54,327 nt of DNA, filler included, from a bacterium (GCA_037439705.1; 21 parts of 21 records of this genome joined end to end with filler, not necessarily neighbours in it), one strand, 5' to 3'. Positions 10,090 through 20,986 are shown, counted from the first letter of the whole stretch. The notes: a model not told the origin generated them from the sequence alone. A program made the numbers and translations.

Positions 10090-11115
10090 TCATTTTATTA
10101 CCTTAACTGCTTCGGGTTTTATTTTGACATAAACCCTTTTTGAGACCTTTATATTCTGCCTTTCCACCTCCTGAGGCGTAAGAGAGGTTGAGATTTTTAT
10201 ATCTCCATCAATAACCACTTTGTAGAGGTTTCCTTTAAACAAAAGAGAAGAAACTACTCCCTTAAGGATATTAGGCCCATCATTTTCAATAAAAGGAATA
10301 GAAGAAATTAGGATTTCCTGTGGAGGTATTGCAATTTTAGAAAATCCGCCATCAATCCCTTTTCTTCTTCCCATAAAAAGCCTAATTTTTCCGTTGTTAA
10401 AAAAGGCATTCCCCCCATTGAATTCAATGAATCCCGTATATATGTTTTGATTTCCTGTAAATTTTGCAACAAACTCATCCGCTGGACTCTCAAAAATTTC
10501 AATCGGACTTCCATCCTGGACCACCTTCCCGTCTTTTAAAATCAGAACTCTCTCTGCAAGACAAAACACTTCGTCAAAATCGTGAGTCACATGTATCACT
10601 GGAAGATTAAACTCCCTTGTAATGGATTTTACCTCGCTCTCAATTCCCTCTTTAGTTTCACGGTCAAGCCAGGAAAATGGTTCATCAAGAAGAAGGAGAA
10701 ATGGACGAACCGCAAGGGCTCTTGCGAGCGCAACCCTCTGCTTCTCACCACCACTCAAGGAGTGAACATCCCTGTGAGCAAATTTTGAAATTTTCAATTT
10801 CTCAACAATGAACTCAAAATCTGTATTCTTGGCACCAAATTTTATGTTTTCAATAACATTCATATGAGGAAACAAAAGGGGTTCCTGCATCAAGAATCCA
10901 ATTCGTCTCTTTTCTGGAGGATAACCTGTAATTTCAACACCATTTAAAAAAATTCTTCCTTCACATTTTCTGAAACCCGCTATAACCTCAAGAAGCATAC
11001 TCTTTCCCGCACCGCTTGGTCCCACAACCACGAGATATTCACTCTCCATCTCAAAAGAAACCGGACCAAGAACAAATGAACCGGCTACAACCTTAGCCTC
11101 TTTCAGGGTTAACAT
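10090..11115 (-). CDS. Molybdate/tungstate-type ABC transporter ATPase with TOBE domain (WtpC/ModC-like)
   Basis: GPSGAGKS, LSGGEKQRVALARAL, LLLDEP, HVTHD, C-terminal TOBE. Confidence 0.8.
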   Translation of the reverse strand: MLTLKEAKVVAGSFVLGPVSFEMESEYLVVVGPSGAGKSMLLEVIAGFRKCEGRIFLNGVEITGYPPEKRRIGFLMQEPLLFPHMNVIENIKFGAKNTDFEFIVEKLKISKFAHRDVHSLSGGEKQRVALARALAVRPFLLLLDEPFSWLDRETKEGIESEVKSITREFNLPVIHVTHDFDEVFCLAERVLILKDGKVVQDGSPIEIFESPADEFVAKFTGNQNIYTGFIEFNGGNAFFNNGKIRLFMGRRKGIDGGFSKIAIPPQEILISSIPFIENDGPNILKGVVSSLLFKGNLYKVVIDGDIKISTSLTPQEVERQNIKVSKRVYVKIKPEAVKVIK

Positions 11116-11173
11116 TTTTGAAAATACTTCTTATCAAGAGAAAAATTACAAGGCTTATCAGGAGAATAAGGGC
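11093..11173 (-). CDS. C-terminal TM end of the cognate ABC permease (partial)
   Basis: ALILLISLVIFLLIRSIFK...; overlaps the ATPase start; cut by contig end. Confidence 0.55.
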   Translation of the reverse strand, partial: ALILLISLVIFLLIRSIFKNVNPERG

Positions 11174-11274
11174 TNNNNNNNNNNNNNNNNNNNNNNNNNN
11201 NNNNNNNNNNNNNNNNNNTTAATTAATTAANNNNNNNNNNNNNNNNNNNNNNNNNNNNNNNNNNNNNNNNNNNN

Positions 11275-12384
11275 ATAAGGTATAAAGGTTTATTCACGGA
11301 CAAAAGGCATAATATAATAAAAAGATTCTATCTTTATGAGATAGATTTGAAGATAGGGGTTTTTCAGAAAGGAAATCCTCCTTACCTTGAAGAAGGGGGG
11401 GAGATTGATTTTGAGAACGAACCATCGGTTCAAAGATGGGAGGAAGGAAACGCCGTGCTTGTCCTTCCGGAAACTCAACCAGAAGGAGAGGGCTATTGCG
11501 TTGTCCTTTACGGACACGGAACAGGAGGCGATGCCTATTCATTCGTCAGGGATGGCTCCGCCCTGAACATTATAGAAGCAGGCTGTGCAGGAATTGGATT
11601 TGATGAATTATTCAACGGAAAAAGGACCAATAACGATTTTGACCCTTATCTTTTCTTTAACCCCTTTAATTTGAGGGCTGCAAGGGATAACATCCTTCAG
11701 GCATCTTCGGAGCTATCCCAGATGCTCAATCTAATTGAAAACTTTGATAAACCCCTTCCACCCGATGATAGAAGGGTATTTTTTGACAGAAATAAAATTT
11801 TTTACATGGGACACTCTCAGGGAGCAATAATCGGCGTTCCCTTTCTCGGAATTGACGAAAGAGTAAAGGCAAGCGTTGTATCTGGCGGTGGTGGATTTCT
11901 CACATATTCCTTACTTTTCAAATCTCTGCCATTTGAAATACGACCCCTTCTTGAACTCTTAATCGGTGAAAAGGTGGACGAATTCCACATATTTCTAAAT
12001 CTATTTCAGACCTTTTTTGAACCATCAGATTCCATAAACTACATAGGATTCATTACCTCAACCTCACCGAAACATATATTTGTTTCTGAAGGACTTAAAG
12101 ACGAATACACCCCTCCCCAGACAACTGATGCAATGATTGCAGCTGGCGGAATCCCTCTACTTGAACCGGTTATAAAACCGAATAAGGGTTTAGAAATAAA
12201 GGGGATAACCCCGGTTTCTTCACCGGTAGAATGCAACATAAAAATTGGAGACAGATGCATAACAGGGATTGCGGTTCAGTTTGAAAACTACGGACATTTT
12301 GCCCTGTTTGAAAGTCCAGAGGGCTACAGGATGTGGAGGAAATTTATTGAAACAGCAAAAACAGGGATTCCCTCTATTCCCTGA
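11275..12384 (+). CDS. Alpha/beta hydrolase, secreted lipase-like type (5' truncated)
   Basis: YGHGTGG, nucleophile elbow GHSQG, D and GHF triad candidates, AARDNILQ. Confidence 0.75.
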   Translation: MRYKGLFTDKRHNIIKRFYLYEIDLKIGVFQKGNPPYLEEGGEIDFENEPSVQRWEEGNAVLVLPETQPEGEGYCVVLYGHGTGGDAYSFVRDGSALNIIEAGCAGIGFDELFNGKRTNNDFDPYLFFNPFNLRAARDNILQASSELSQMLNLIENFDKPLPPDDRRVFFDRNKIFYMGHSQGAIIGVPFLGIDERVKASVVSGGGGFLTYSLLFKSLPFEIRPLLELLIGEKVDEFHIFLNLFQTFFEPSDSINYIGFITSTSPKHIFVSEGLKDEYTPPQTTDAMIAAGGIPLLEPVIKPNKGLEIKGITPVSSPVECNIKIGDRCITGIAVQFENYGHFALFESPEGYRMWRKFIETAKTGIPSIP

Positions 12385-13957
12385 TAATCCGGTATCTCCT
12401 GGCGAAGAATGACAGCAGAATCAGAAGAAGATATAAAGAAGAGGACGAATATCCCTGAGTGCATCCGCAACCTTCTTCTTCAAATTCGAGCACAGGATAA
12501 TTGTTTATCTCTTCTGCGAAGGAAAGGGCTTCTTCTTTACTTCCTTTATAAAGAATGAATGCAAAACTTTTCGGTTCGTCCTCCGTTTCATCAATGAATT
12601 CAAGGGTCATGTTTTCAAAATCAATTATTCCCGCCAGATGAACGGTATTTATATCTTTTATGAGGTAGTATCCGTTACCAAGTCCAATGAGTCCATTGTA
12701 AAGGGCTAAACCTGTTCTTTTGAACGAGAAATTTTCAGCATTATATGAAATCACTTCTCTTGATAAAGCAGGTGAATACTCAATAACCTTTTCAAAAAGG
12801 GGGAAAATTGTCTTTATGCTTCTGAAGTCCTTTTTCGCAGTTTCGTCGGGGGATAAATATATCTCCAATCTCCACGCATCCCTTCTATCGTATTTCCTTT
12901 CCTTCACTTCATAAATGAATCCTTCAACGGACACAGTGTAGGGAATGGGAAATTTTCCTTCTTCTGTTTTCAATTCTTTATACGAACTCATACTTCTTCT
13001 CTCCTTCACAGACAGATAACGAGGTCTCCCAATCTCATTTATCACCTCTTCAGCCAGTTTTTGAGAGTCATCTGCCTTTTCAATGCTATAATTTATTTCA
13101 TTTATCCATGGATTCCATCCCGTTGAATCGCTAACCTCCGCAAGTAAAATTTTCCTTTTTGCTTCAAGAATTTTTGGTAATAGGTCCTGCCTGTTCTTTT
13201 CGTCTATCAAAATCTCCGCAGACCTCACAAGAAGGGATGTTCTATAATTCTTCGTTAAAACCTCATTATCCTTCTCATCCACCTTCGTGGCAAATTCTCC
13301 CTCTCCTCCCATCCACCTGAACATATTCAAACTTCTTTCGGGATGCCATGTCCCATCAATGAGTGGTGGAATTTCATCTGGTGAATAAACGGATGTAATT
13401 TCCTCAACAAAAGTGCTTATTTTTGATATACTGCATCCAGATGCCTCAAGGCTTTTTAATTCCGATATCATTTCATTTATGGCATCATCGCTTTTTTTGA
13501 ACTCTGTTCCTAAATAAGGATTTTTTCCACCTGTAACCGCTAATTCTCCATCACCAAAGAATGTCCATTTAACTTTTATATTTCCGTCTATATCTCTTCC
13601 TCCAATCAAGCCGTACCCATCATCAATAGTATATAATGGTTTTACATCAGTAATACTGTGAAGAAAATCAAAAAGTCCTGTTGGAATTATCAGGATTTTG
13701 TATCCATAATTTTTAAGAAATCTGAACATACCTTCACCGGTCTGCCCTTCCTGTGCAAAAATTACAGGGGAAAGTTTCAATCCAGAAGACCTGATTATCT
13801 CCTCGTTCATTCTGAGAGACCATTCCATATCTTCTACTGGATATGCGAGAAAGAGCTGGTCCGAGTAATGAATGCTTATGAGGTCTATCTGATTCCTGTC
13901 AAGGAGGGTTTTTAATTTTGAAAGAACATCCGGAAATTTATTTTTCATAACCTCAAT
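12374..13957 (-). CDS. GH57-like glycoside hydrolase with C-terminal GCGC-TM-basic sorting signal (5' truncated)
   Basis: IDLISIHYSDQL and LLAEVSDSTGW resemble GH57 regions; tail EEEGCGCTQ...LLLILLSFFARRYR. Confidence 0.55.
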   Translation of the reverse strand: MEVMKNKFPDVLSKLKTLLDRNQIDLISIHYSDQLFLAYPVEDMEWSLRMNEEIIRSSGLKLSPVIFAQEGQTGEGMFRFLKNYGYKILIIPTGLFDFLHSITDVKPLYTIDDGYGLIGGRDIDGNIKVKWTFFGDGELAVTGGKNPYLGTEFKKSDDAINEMISELKSLEASGCSISKISTFVEEITSVYSPDEIPPLIDGTWHPERSLNMFRWMGGEGEFATKVDEKDNEVLTKNYRTSLLVRSAEILIDEKNRQDLLPKILEAKRKILLAEVSDSTGWNPWINEINYSIEKADDSQKLAEEVINEIGRPRYLSVKERRSMSSYKELKTEEGKFPIPYTVSVEGFIYEVKERKYDRRDAWRLEIYLSPDETAKKDFRSIKTIFPLFEKVIEYSPALSREVISYNAENFSFKRTGLALYNGLIGLGNGYYLIKDINTVHLAGIIDFENMTLEFIDETEDEPKSFAFILYKGSKEEALSFAEEINNYPVLEFEEEGCGCTQGYSSSSLYLLLILLSFFARRYRIIRE

Positions 13958-14059
13958 NNNNNNNNNNNNNNNNNNNNNNNNNNNNNNNNNNNNNNNNNNN
14001 NTTAATTAATTAANNNNNNNNNNNNNNNNNNNNNNNNNNNNNNNNNNNNNNNNNNNNCA

Positions 14060-14605
14060 TGGAGGGAAACTTCACCATCAGAAATTCCATCTGATGTTCT
14101 TGATGTTCATACTATGAGATTTCCACCCCCTCCATCCCTTGATAAGGAGCCTGCTCTTGTGATTTTTGCTGGAACAGGTGTTTATTACTGGCCTGAAGGA
14201 GGGTTATATCGTTTTGGGCCATTCTGGTATATGTTCATAGATGGTGTATGGTATAGAGCACCTTCTTATAGGGGTCCATGGATTCCTGTGGGGATATTAT
14301 TTGTTCCAGAGCCTGTTAGAAATGTCCACAAAAAGAGAAAAGTTGTCTATTCACCGGGTCTTGTAGAGGACAGGGAGACAAGAGTTTATTATGTCGGAAA
14401 TGCTTCTATATACAGGTACGGAAACTTCTGGTACTATTACAAAAACGGAAGATGGTACAGAGGAAATGGAAGAAATGGACCATGGATAAGGATTCAAGTT
14501 GTTCCTGATGTTGTGATAAGGGTTCATAATAGAAGGAGTGGTCCAAAAATAATTGAAACGCCAAGAAGAATTGAGCCACCTGGGAGAGAAAAAAGAAGAA
14601 GATAG
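14060..14605 (+). CDS. Hypothetical Tyr/Trp-rich protein with two internal repeats (5' probably truncated)
   Basis: Repeat VYY...LYR.G.FWY....G.WYR.....GPW occurs twice; basic tail. Confidence 0.65.
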   Translation, partial: WRETSPSEIPSDVLDVHTMRFPPPPSLDKEPALVIFAGTGVYYWPEGGLYRFGPFWYMFIDGVWYRAPSYRGPWIPVGILFVPEPVRNVHKKRKVVYSPGLVEDRETRVYYVGNASIYRYGNFWYYYKNGRWYRGNGRNGPWIRIQVVPDVVIRVHNRRSGPKIIETPRRIEPPGREKRRR

Positions 14606-14611
14606 TTTTTG

Positions 14612-15370
14612 ATGTCTTCAAGCATTTCAAATTTTGTTAGAAAAAGAACGGGAAGGGCTATAAGGGATTTCAATCTTATAGAAGAGGGAGATGTGATTTT
14701 AACCGCTGTATCTGGTGGAAAGGATTCACTTTCAATGCTACGCGTTATCACAATTCTTAAGAAAAAAGCCCCTGTTAAGTTCAAAGTTATCCCTGTAAAC
14801 CTTGACCAGGGATTTCCTGGATACAGAAGCGATGTTGTGGAAAAATTTTTTATTTCAGAAGGATACACTGAGTACATAATGGAAAAATTTGACATATACT
14901 CCATTGTTTCTTCTAAGACGAATAATGGAGATATGTTCTGCGCACTCTGTTCAAGGTTGAGGAGAGGGATTCTTTACAGCCTTGCTACTAAATACGGATG
15001 CAACAAGCTCGCTCTCGGACATCACATGGACGATGTCCTTATTACATTTTTTCTGAACCTCTTTTTTGAGGGAAGATTAAAAGCAATGCCTCCGAAATTC
15101 CTTGCTGATAACGGAAAGGTAACTGTTATAAGACCGCTTGTTTATGTAAAGGAAGAGGAACTTGCAATTTTTGCAAAACAGGAGGGTTTACCTGTTATAT
15201 GCTGTGGATGTCCGATATGCGGAAAAAGGGATTTGAAAAGGGAAAGGATAAAAAAACTTCTTTTATCTCTTGAAAGGGAATATTCAGGAATAAGAAATGT
15301 GATATTCAAAAGCCTTTCAAGAATTGATACGAAATTTCTTTTAAGTTCAGAAAGTCTTGTTTCTTTTTGA
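14612..15370 (+). CDS. ttcA: tRNA 2-thiocytidine(32) synthetase TtcA
   Basis: PP-loop SGGKDS, CALCSRLRRG, ALGHHMDD, VIRPL, CCGCPIC. Confidence 0.9.
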   Translation: MSSSISNFVRKRTGRAIRDFNLIEEGDVILTAVSGGKDSLSMLRVITILKKKAPVKFKVIPVNLDQGFPGYRSDVVEKFFISEGYTEYIMEKFDIYSIVSSKTNNGDMFCALCSRLRRGILYSLATKYGCNKLALGHHMDDVLITFFLNLFFEGRLKAMPPKFLADNGKVTVIRPLVYVKEEELAIFAKQEGLPVICCGCPICGKRDLKRERIKKLLLSLEREYSGIRNVIFKSLSRIDTKFLLSSESLVSF

Positions 15371-15395
15371 CATTTTAATTTTAATCGTATATAAT
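15367..15395 (+). promoter_or_regulatory. Consensus sigma70 promoter, leaderless geometry
   Basis: TTGACA-17-TATAAT; ATG 7 nt downstream; no SD. Confidence 0.8.
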
Positions 15396-15402
15396 AAAAA
15401 AT

Positions 15403-16723
15403 ATGCCAACAATAGTGATTGATTTAGGAACTACTAATTCAGTCGTTGCCTCAGTGGTGGGTGGAACTCCTGTGGTCATAAAGAGCAAAGAAGGATATAA
15501 CCTTACTCCCTCTGTATTTACTATTACATCAAAAGGGAGAAAGTTGGCAGGACATCTGGCAAAAAGGCAGGCAATTCTGAATCCTGATAGGACTATATGG
15601 GGAATAAAGAGGCTTATGGGGAAGAGGTTTGATTCTCCTGAGGTAAAAGTTTTGAAAGAAAAGTATCCATATAAAATTGTTCCCAATAGCGATGGATTCG
15701 CAGGAGTACAAATTGGAGAGAGATACTATTATCCTCAGGAGATTTCTGCATTTATACTTGTTGAGTTGAAAAGGGTTGCGGAAGAGTTCTTTAATGAGGG
15801 GGTGAAGAAAGCAGTAGTTACAGTTCCTGCTCACTTCAATGATAATCAGAGACAGGCTACAAAGGAGGCAGCCCAGCTTGCGGGATTGGAGCTTCTAAAA
15901 ATAATAAATGAACCAACTGCTTCCGCACTTGCTTACGGCTTGAGGTGGGCAAAGGATAAAAAAACAATCGCTGTTTATGACCTGGGAGGGGGAACATTTG
16001 ACATTTCAATACTTCAGATAAGTGAGGGAATATACGAAGTTCTTGCCACCTCGGGAGATACATTTCTCGGCGGAGATGATTTTGATGCAAGGATTGTGGA
16101 CCTTCTTGCAGAACATTTGAGGAAGGAAACGGGTGTGAACATATATTATGACCCGATGGGTCTCCAGCGTTTAAAGGATGCTGCAGAAAAAGCAAAAATT
16201 GAACTTTCTACAAGGGAGGAAACGGTTGTAAATCTTCCTTTCATTTCTTCCTCTGGAAAAGACCCTGTCCATCTGATTCGCCCAATAAAAAGGGCAGAGT
16301 TTGAAGCATTAACTTATGACCTTGTGGAGAAGACCATTGGTATATGTTATAAAACAATCCAGGATGCGGGAATAAAGATAGATGACATAAATGATGTCCT
16401 ATTGGTTGGCGGTATGACGAGAATGCCACTTGTTAGAAAAAAAGTTGAGCAATTTTTTGTAAAGCCTCCTCTAAAAGGGGTTCATCCGGATGAAGCAGTA
16501 GCAATTGGAGCAGCCATAGAAGCGGATGCCCTTGAAAGGAGGAGAGAGGATATTCTTCTTATAGATGTTACTCCCATTTCCCTTGGAATTGCAGTTAAAG
16601 GAGGCGCTTTTCACAAAATTATAGAAAGAAATACAAAAATTCCTGTAAAAAGGGTTGAGAAGTTCACTACTTCAAAGGATAATCAGGACAAAGTAATAAT
16701 AATGGTTTACCAGGGTGAGAGTT
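15403..16723 (+). CDS. dnaK: Hsp70/DnaK-family chaperone, possibly a paralogue (3' truncated)
   Basis: [38 protein letters not shown], linker DILLIDVTP. Confidence 0.85.
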
Positions 16724-16825
16724 NNNNNNNNNNNNNNNNNNNNNNNNNNNNNNNNNNNNNNNNNNNNTTAATTAATTAANNNNNNNNNNNNNNNNNNNNN
16801 NNNNNNNNNNNNNNNNNNNNNNNAT

Positions 16826-17692
16826 CCAATTTTTGTGGAATTTGGAAAAGGCGGGGAGGTTTCATCAATGCCGGGAGTGTTCAGGTATAATGTAAGAGAG
16901 GTGGGAAAGGTGGCAAAAGAGGTGGAATCACTCGGCATCCCAGCAGTCATTCTTTTCGGTATTCCCGATAAAAAGGATGAAATGGCATCCGGGGCATACG
17001 ATGAGAAGGGTGTTGTTCAGGAGGCAATAAGGGAAATAAAAAGAAAGACAGAACTTATTGTGATTGCTGATGTTTGTTTGTGCGAATACACATCTCATGG
17101 ACATTGCGGGGTGGTTAAGAACGGAAAGATATTGAATGACCCAACACTTGAACTGCTTGCAAAAACAGCAGTTTCTCTTGCAAGAGCGGGGGCAGATATT
17201 GTGGCTCCCTCTGATATGATGGACGGAAGAGTTTCTGCAATAAGAAAGGCTCTTGATAATGAGGGATTTGAAGATGTTCTCATAATGGCATATTCTGCAA
17301 AATACGCATCTTCCTTTTACGGACCATTCAGGGAGGCTGCTGAAAGTGCACCGGCTTTCGGTGACAGAAGCACTTATCAGATGGACCCGAGGAATGCGAG
17401 AGAGGCTATCAAGGAAGTAATGATGGATATAGAAGAGGGAGCAGACATTGTTATGGTTAAACCCGCACTCTCTTATCTTGACATAATATACCGTATAAAA
17501 GAGTTGACAAATATCCCGGTTGCGGCTTATAATGTAAGTGGAGAATATTCTTTGATAAAGGCTGGAGAAAAATTGGGATGGGTTGACGGCAAAAGGTTGA
17601 TGATGGAGGTCCTTTATTCAATAAAGAGGGCTGGTGCGGATCTCATCTTAACCTATTTTGCGAAAGAAGTCGCTACCATCATTAAAGAATAA
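16826..17692 (+). CDS. hemB: Porphobilinogen synthase (5' truncated)
   Basis: [43 protein letters not shown]. Confidence 0.96.
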   Translation, partial: PIFVEFGKGGEVSSMPGVFRYNVREVGKVAKEVESLGIPAVILFGIPDKKDEMASGAYDEKGVVQEAIREIKRKTELIVIADVCLCEYTSHGHCGVVKNGKILNDPTLELLAKTAVSLARAGADIVAPSDMMDGRVSAIRKALDNEGFEDVLIMAYSAKYASSFYGPFREAAESAPAFGDRSTYQMDPRNAREAIKEVMMDIEEGADIVMVKPALSYLDIIYRIKELTNIPVAAYNVSGEYSLIKAGEKLGWVDGKRLMMEVLYSIKRAGADLILTYFAKEVATIIKE

Positions 17693-17702
17693 GGAGGAAA
17701 AG

Positions 17703-18641
17703 ATGAAGAAAACGCTTCTACTCGTCACAAGTTTTGTGCTCCTTTTCTCTGTTTCCTGTAACAAGGCAAAGAAGTATGTGGCAGTTGTAAACAGCGAAGG
17801 AATTTCTAGGGAAAGGTTTGAAAAGTTTTACAACAGAGTTGAGAGTTATTATGTACAGATGTTTCAAACCTCTCCCGATGACCCAAGGTTTCAAAATATG
17901 ATGTCTCAAATTAGAAGCCAGATTCTTCAGAACATGATAGTTCAAACCCTCCTTCTTCAGGATGCGAGAAGCNNNNNNNNNNNNNNNNNNNNNNNNNNNN
18001 NNNNGGCTATTAAAACGAAGTATGGCGAAGAAGTTTTCCAAACCGCCCTTCAGCAGCAGGGGATGACAGAAGAGGAATACAAAAAAGAATTAAGAGAGCA
18101 GATGATAATATCAAAGTTGAGGGATGATATAACGAAGAATATAGGTATTACCGATGAAGAAGTAAAAAATTATTATGAAACTCATAAAGACCAATTTTCA
18201 AATCCAGAAACCATAAGGGCGAGGCATATTCTTGTCAAATCAATGGAAGAAGCAAAGAAGGTGAAGGAAAGGCTTAAAAAGGGAGAAGATTTTGCAAAAC
18301 TGGCAAAAGAAGTCTCGGTTGATGCTGGAACGAAGGAAGCAGGAGGAGACCTCGGGTATTTTTCAAGAGGGAAAATGGTTAAACCCTTTGAAGATGCTGT
18401 ATTTGCACTCAAAAATAAGGGAGAGATTAGTGATATAGTTCAAACCCAGTTCGGATTTCACATCATAAAGCTTGAGGACAGGAAACCCGCTGAGGTTTTA
18501 AGTTTTGACGCTGCAAAAGAAAAGGCTCAAGAACTTTTAAAGAAGGAGAAAGATGACAAAGTTTTTGGAGACTACATTGAAAACCTGAAAAAAGATGCAA
18601 AAATTGAAACCTTTGAGGAAGCAGAAGTGGTAGAAGAATAA
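17703..18641 (+). CDS. PrsA/SurA-like parvulin peptidyl-prolyl isomerase lipoprotein
   Basis: SD AAGGAGG, lipobox SVSC, ARHILV, GGDLGYF, FGFHIIK; internal N gap 17973-18004. Confidence 0.88.
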   Translation: MKKTLLLVTSFVLLFSVSCNKAKKYVAVVNSEGISRERFEKFYNRVESYYVQMFQTSPDDPRFQNMMSQIRSQILQNMIVQTLLLQDARSXXXXXXXXXXXAIKTKYGEEVFQTALQQQGMTEEEYKKELREQMIISKLRDDITKNIGITDEEVKNYYETHKDQFSNPETIRARHILVKSMEEAKKVKERLKKGEDFAKLAKEVSVDAGTKEAGGDLGYFSRGKMVKPFEDAVFALKNKGEISDIVQTQFGFHIIKLEDRKPAEVLSFDAAKEKAQELLKKEKDDKVFGDYIENLKKDAKIETFEEAEVVEE

Positions 18642-18668
18642 AATTTATGAAAAATATGGTCTTGAGAC

Positions 18669-18776
18669 TTAAAAAAATTGATTGAGAGGTTTATTATAAG
18701 AGAAATCAAAGAAGTTCATGGGGACGCCTTTCTTTCCGCTGTTTTGTTCGGTTCAGTGGCGAGGGGAGCGATATAG
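18669..18776 (+). pseudogene. Truncated MNT-type nucleotidyltransferase fragment
   Basis: SAVLFGSVARG then stop before the DxD motif. Confidence 0.65.
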
Positions 18777-18958
18777 CATTTTATTGCTGATGGATACAAA
18801 GAGAGGAAGAGAGAAATTATATTCAGTGATGAAAAGGGAAATCATTGAGATAAAACTGTGATAAATGAAGAAAGAGGAAAATATCTTTTTAGATTAGCAG
18901 AAAAGAAGTTAAAAGAACCATCTCAATACCTTCCGAAGAAAAGAGCGCCAGTTGAAAG

Positions 18959-19159
18959 ATGGTGAAACACAAAAAACTTCTTGAGAAATTTGAAATGGAA
19001 CTCATCAAAAAAGAACCTCAAAACAATTTTAAAATTTTTGAAGAATTACTTGAGTTTGCAAAGGAAATGAAAAAAATACCTCCTCCTTCACCACTTGAAG
19101 GAATAGAAATAGATATAAAATATGCAAGAGCAATAAATGGGATTAAAAGGACTCTTTAA
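18959..19159 (+). CDS. Small hypothetical protein, possible antitoxin-like partner
   Basis: 66 aa ORF with PLEGIEIDIKYARAIN; overlaps a short downstream ORF starting at 19137 (MGLKGLFKNLAREFEKN). Confidence 0.55.
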   Translation: MVKHKKLLEKFEMELIKKEPQNNFKIFEELLEFAKEMKKIPPPSPLEGIEIDIKYARAINGIKRTL

Positions 19160-19406
19160 AAATTTAGCAAGAGAATTTGAGAAAAATCATTATAGTGATA
19201 ATAGTGCCAGGCGGTTCTATAGCATTCACCCTCGCATCCATACCCTCCTCCCTTTTTCTACGGTTTTAACCTGAAAGAGAAAAAATGCACCTTTCTTCCC
19301 CCTGCACACCATAAAAAATACCGGACCTTTACACAGGAAATTCATAAAACTTGAAAATGTAATGTGTTATGAGACATAATTTTAAAAAAGGAGGTTCTGG
19401 AGAAAG

Positions 19407-19479
19407 ATGAGCAAGAAAGTAATGATGGCTGGTGGAATGTTAATGGTTGTGGTGGGTAATGTTTATGGGAGGGAGGTTC
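19407..19479 (+). CDS. N-terminus of a probable secreted protein (3' truncated)
   Basis: SD-like AGGAGG/GGAG upstream; MSKKVMMAGGMLMVVVGNVYG signal-like. Confidence 0.45.
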
Positions 19480-19579
19480 NNNNNNNNNNNNNNNNNNNNN
19501 NNNNNNNNNNNNNNNNNNNNNNNTTAATTAATTAANNNNNNNNNNNNNNNNNNNNNNNNNNNNNNNNNNNNNNNNNNNN

Positions 19580-20433
19580 TTTTCCCAGACCAATTCCGAT
19601 GTAAAACCTATGATAAAATCTTCATTTATGTAGCAGGTTTCATTTTCCATCCTTAATGGATAAAGGTTTTCCTCTTTTATTCCCATGAAGAGGTTGCCAT
19701 TGCCAGTGATTTCAAAAAGCATGAAGTTTTTTGACTTAAAAAATGCCTTGGTTTCACTTCCCTTAAATCTCTTTTTGATGGGTTTGAATGATAACTCTCC
19801 CGTAAGGCATATGAGGTTCTGAAGGCGGGAATAAAATGAATTTTTCTCAACCCTTATCATAAGAATTCCTTCTTCATGATAGAAGCCCTCGCCCTCTGGA
19901 TATCCCATCTTTTTGATAACATCTTTCATCTCTGAAATTTCTTCCACCGTTTCTTCCTCTATTACTGGCTTTCCTTCTTCTTCTAACTTTTTTCTCATTT
20001 CTTCTGCCATCTTTTTTGCTCCTGCTTTGAGAAAGGCTTCCATTGCTCCTCTGAAATCTCCCATTTTTGAAAGGGCAAGCCCTTTGTAGTTCAAGACTGT
20101 AGGGGTTGGATTGAGTTCAATGGATTTTTCAAAGTGTTCAAGAGCCTTCTCATATTCTCCAATTTTAAAATAACATAGCCCCAAGTTTGTGTGCAGAGAA
20201 GGAACATTTTTGTTTTCAGAAAGAAGTTTGTTCCAAAACTCAAGTGATTTTCTGTATTCCTTCAGTTTGAAATAAACTGTAGCAAGCATATTTAATGCCA
20301 CCTGATTTTCAGGGTCTGCTTCAATAATCCTTTCTATTTCTTCCTTAGCCCCTATAAGGTCGTTATTTGCCATAAAACTTTTCGCTTTTAGGAATGGGTC
20401 TTTAATTTTATCTGTTTGCATATCCTCCCCCAT
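19580..20433 (-). CDS. TPR protein with AIM24-like C-terminal domain (3' truncated)
   Basis: Several TPRs (NLGLCYFKIGEYEKA); beta-rich C part ITGNGNLF...YINEDFIIGF. Confidence 0.6.
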
Positions 20434-20986
20434 TTTTAATTTTAAGGTTATTATATATTTTCATTACTTTTTTAACAAAATTTCTCGTTTCTTCAAAAGG
20501 TGGAATATCGTTAAAGGCGAGCACATTTATTATCCCACAGTTGTAGGCTGCTACAGCAAGGTTAAATTTTCCAAGTCTGTCAAGAAGAAATTTAAAATAT
20601 CGCACACCTGTTTCAATATTTTCATAAGGATTGAATGGATTTATGACCTCATATCTTTTTATAATATCTGGCATTAACTGCATCACTCCTATTGCTCCCT
20701 TATCAGAAACAGCATAAATGTCATATCCGCTTTCTGCTTCAACGAGAGCCTGAATAATCTCTGGTTCCAGATGGTATTTTTGAGATATTGATTTTATTAT
20801 TTCAAGAATCAATTTCTTATGCCTTGAGGAGACAAACCTTGATTTCTTTGGCTTAAATGGCTTTAATGATGTATCACTTTTTATATCGGTAAAATATATG
20901 CTCCCATCTTTCTCCACCCTGTAATATATCTCCGCTTTTACTTCTGCGGGAAAACCTATTAAAAATATTATCAGATACTTTTTCAT
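20408..20986 (-). CDS. Lytic transglycosylase (SLT) with DUF4124-like N-terminus
   Basis: AESG, GAIGVMQLMP, AAYNCG, ETRNFV; DGSIYFTD. Confidence 0.88.
   Translation of the reverse strand: MKKYLIIFLIGFPAEVKAEIYYRVEKDGSIYFTDIKSDTSLKPFKPKKSRFVSSRHKKLILEIIKSISQKYHLEPEIIQALVEAESGYDIYAVSDKGAIGVMQLMPDIIKRYEVINPFNPYENIETGVRYFKFLLDRLGKFNLAVAAYNCGIINVLAFNDIPPFEETRNFVKKVMKIYNNLKIKNGGGYANR

Noticed and set aside
17973-18004. Short internal N runs (also 40598-40632 and 49583-49592)
   Set aside because: Scaffold gaps inside genes; they carry no sequence information
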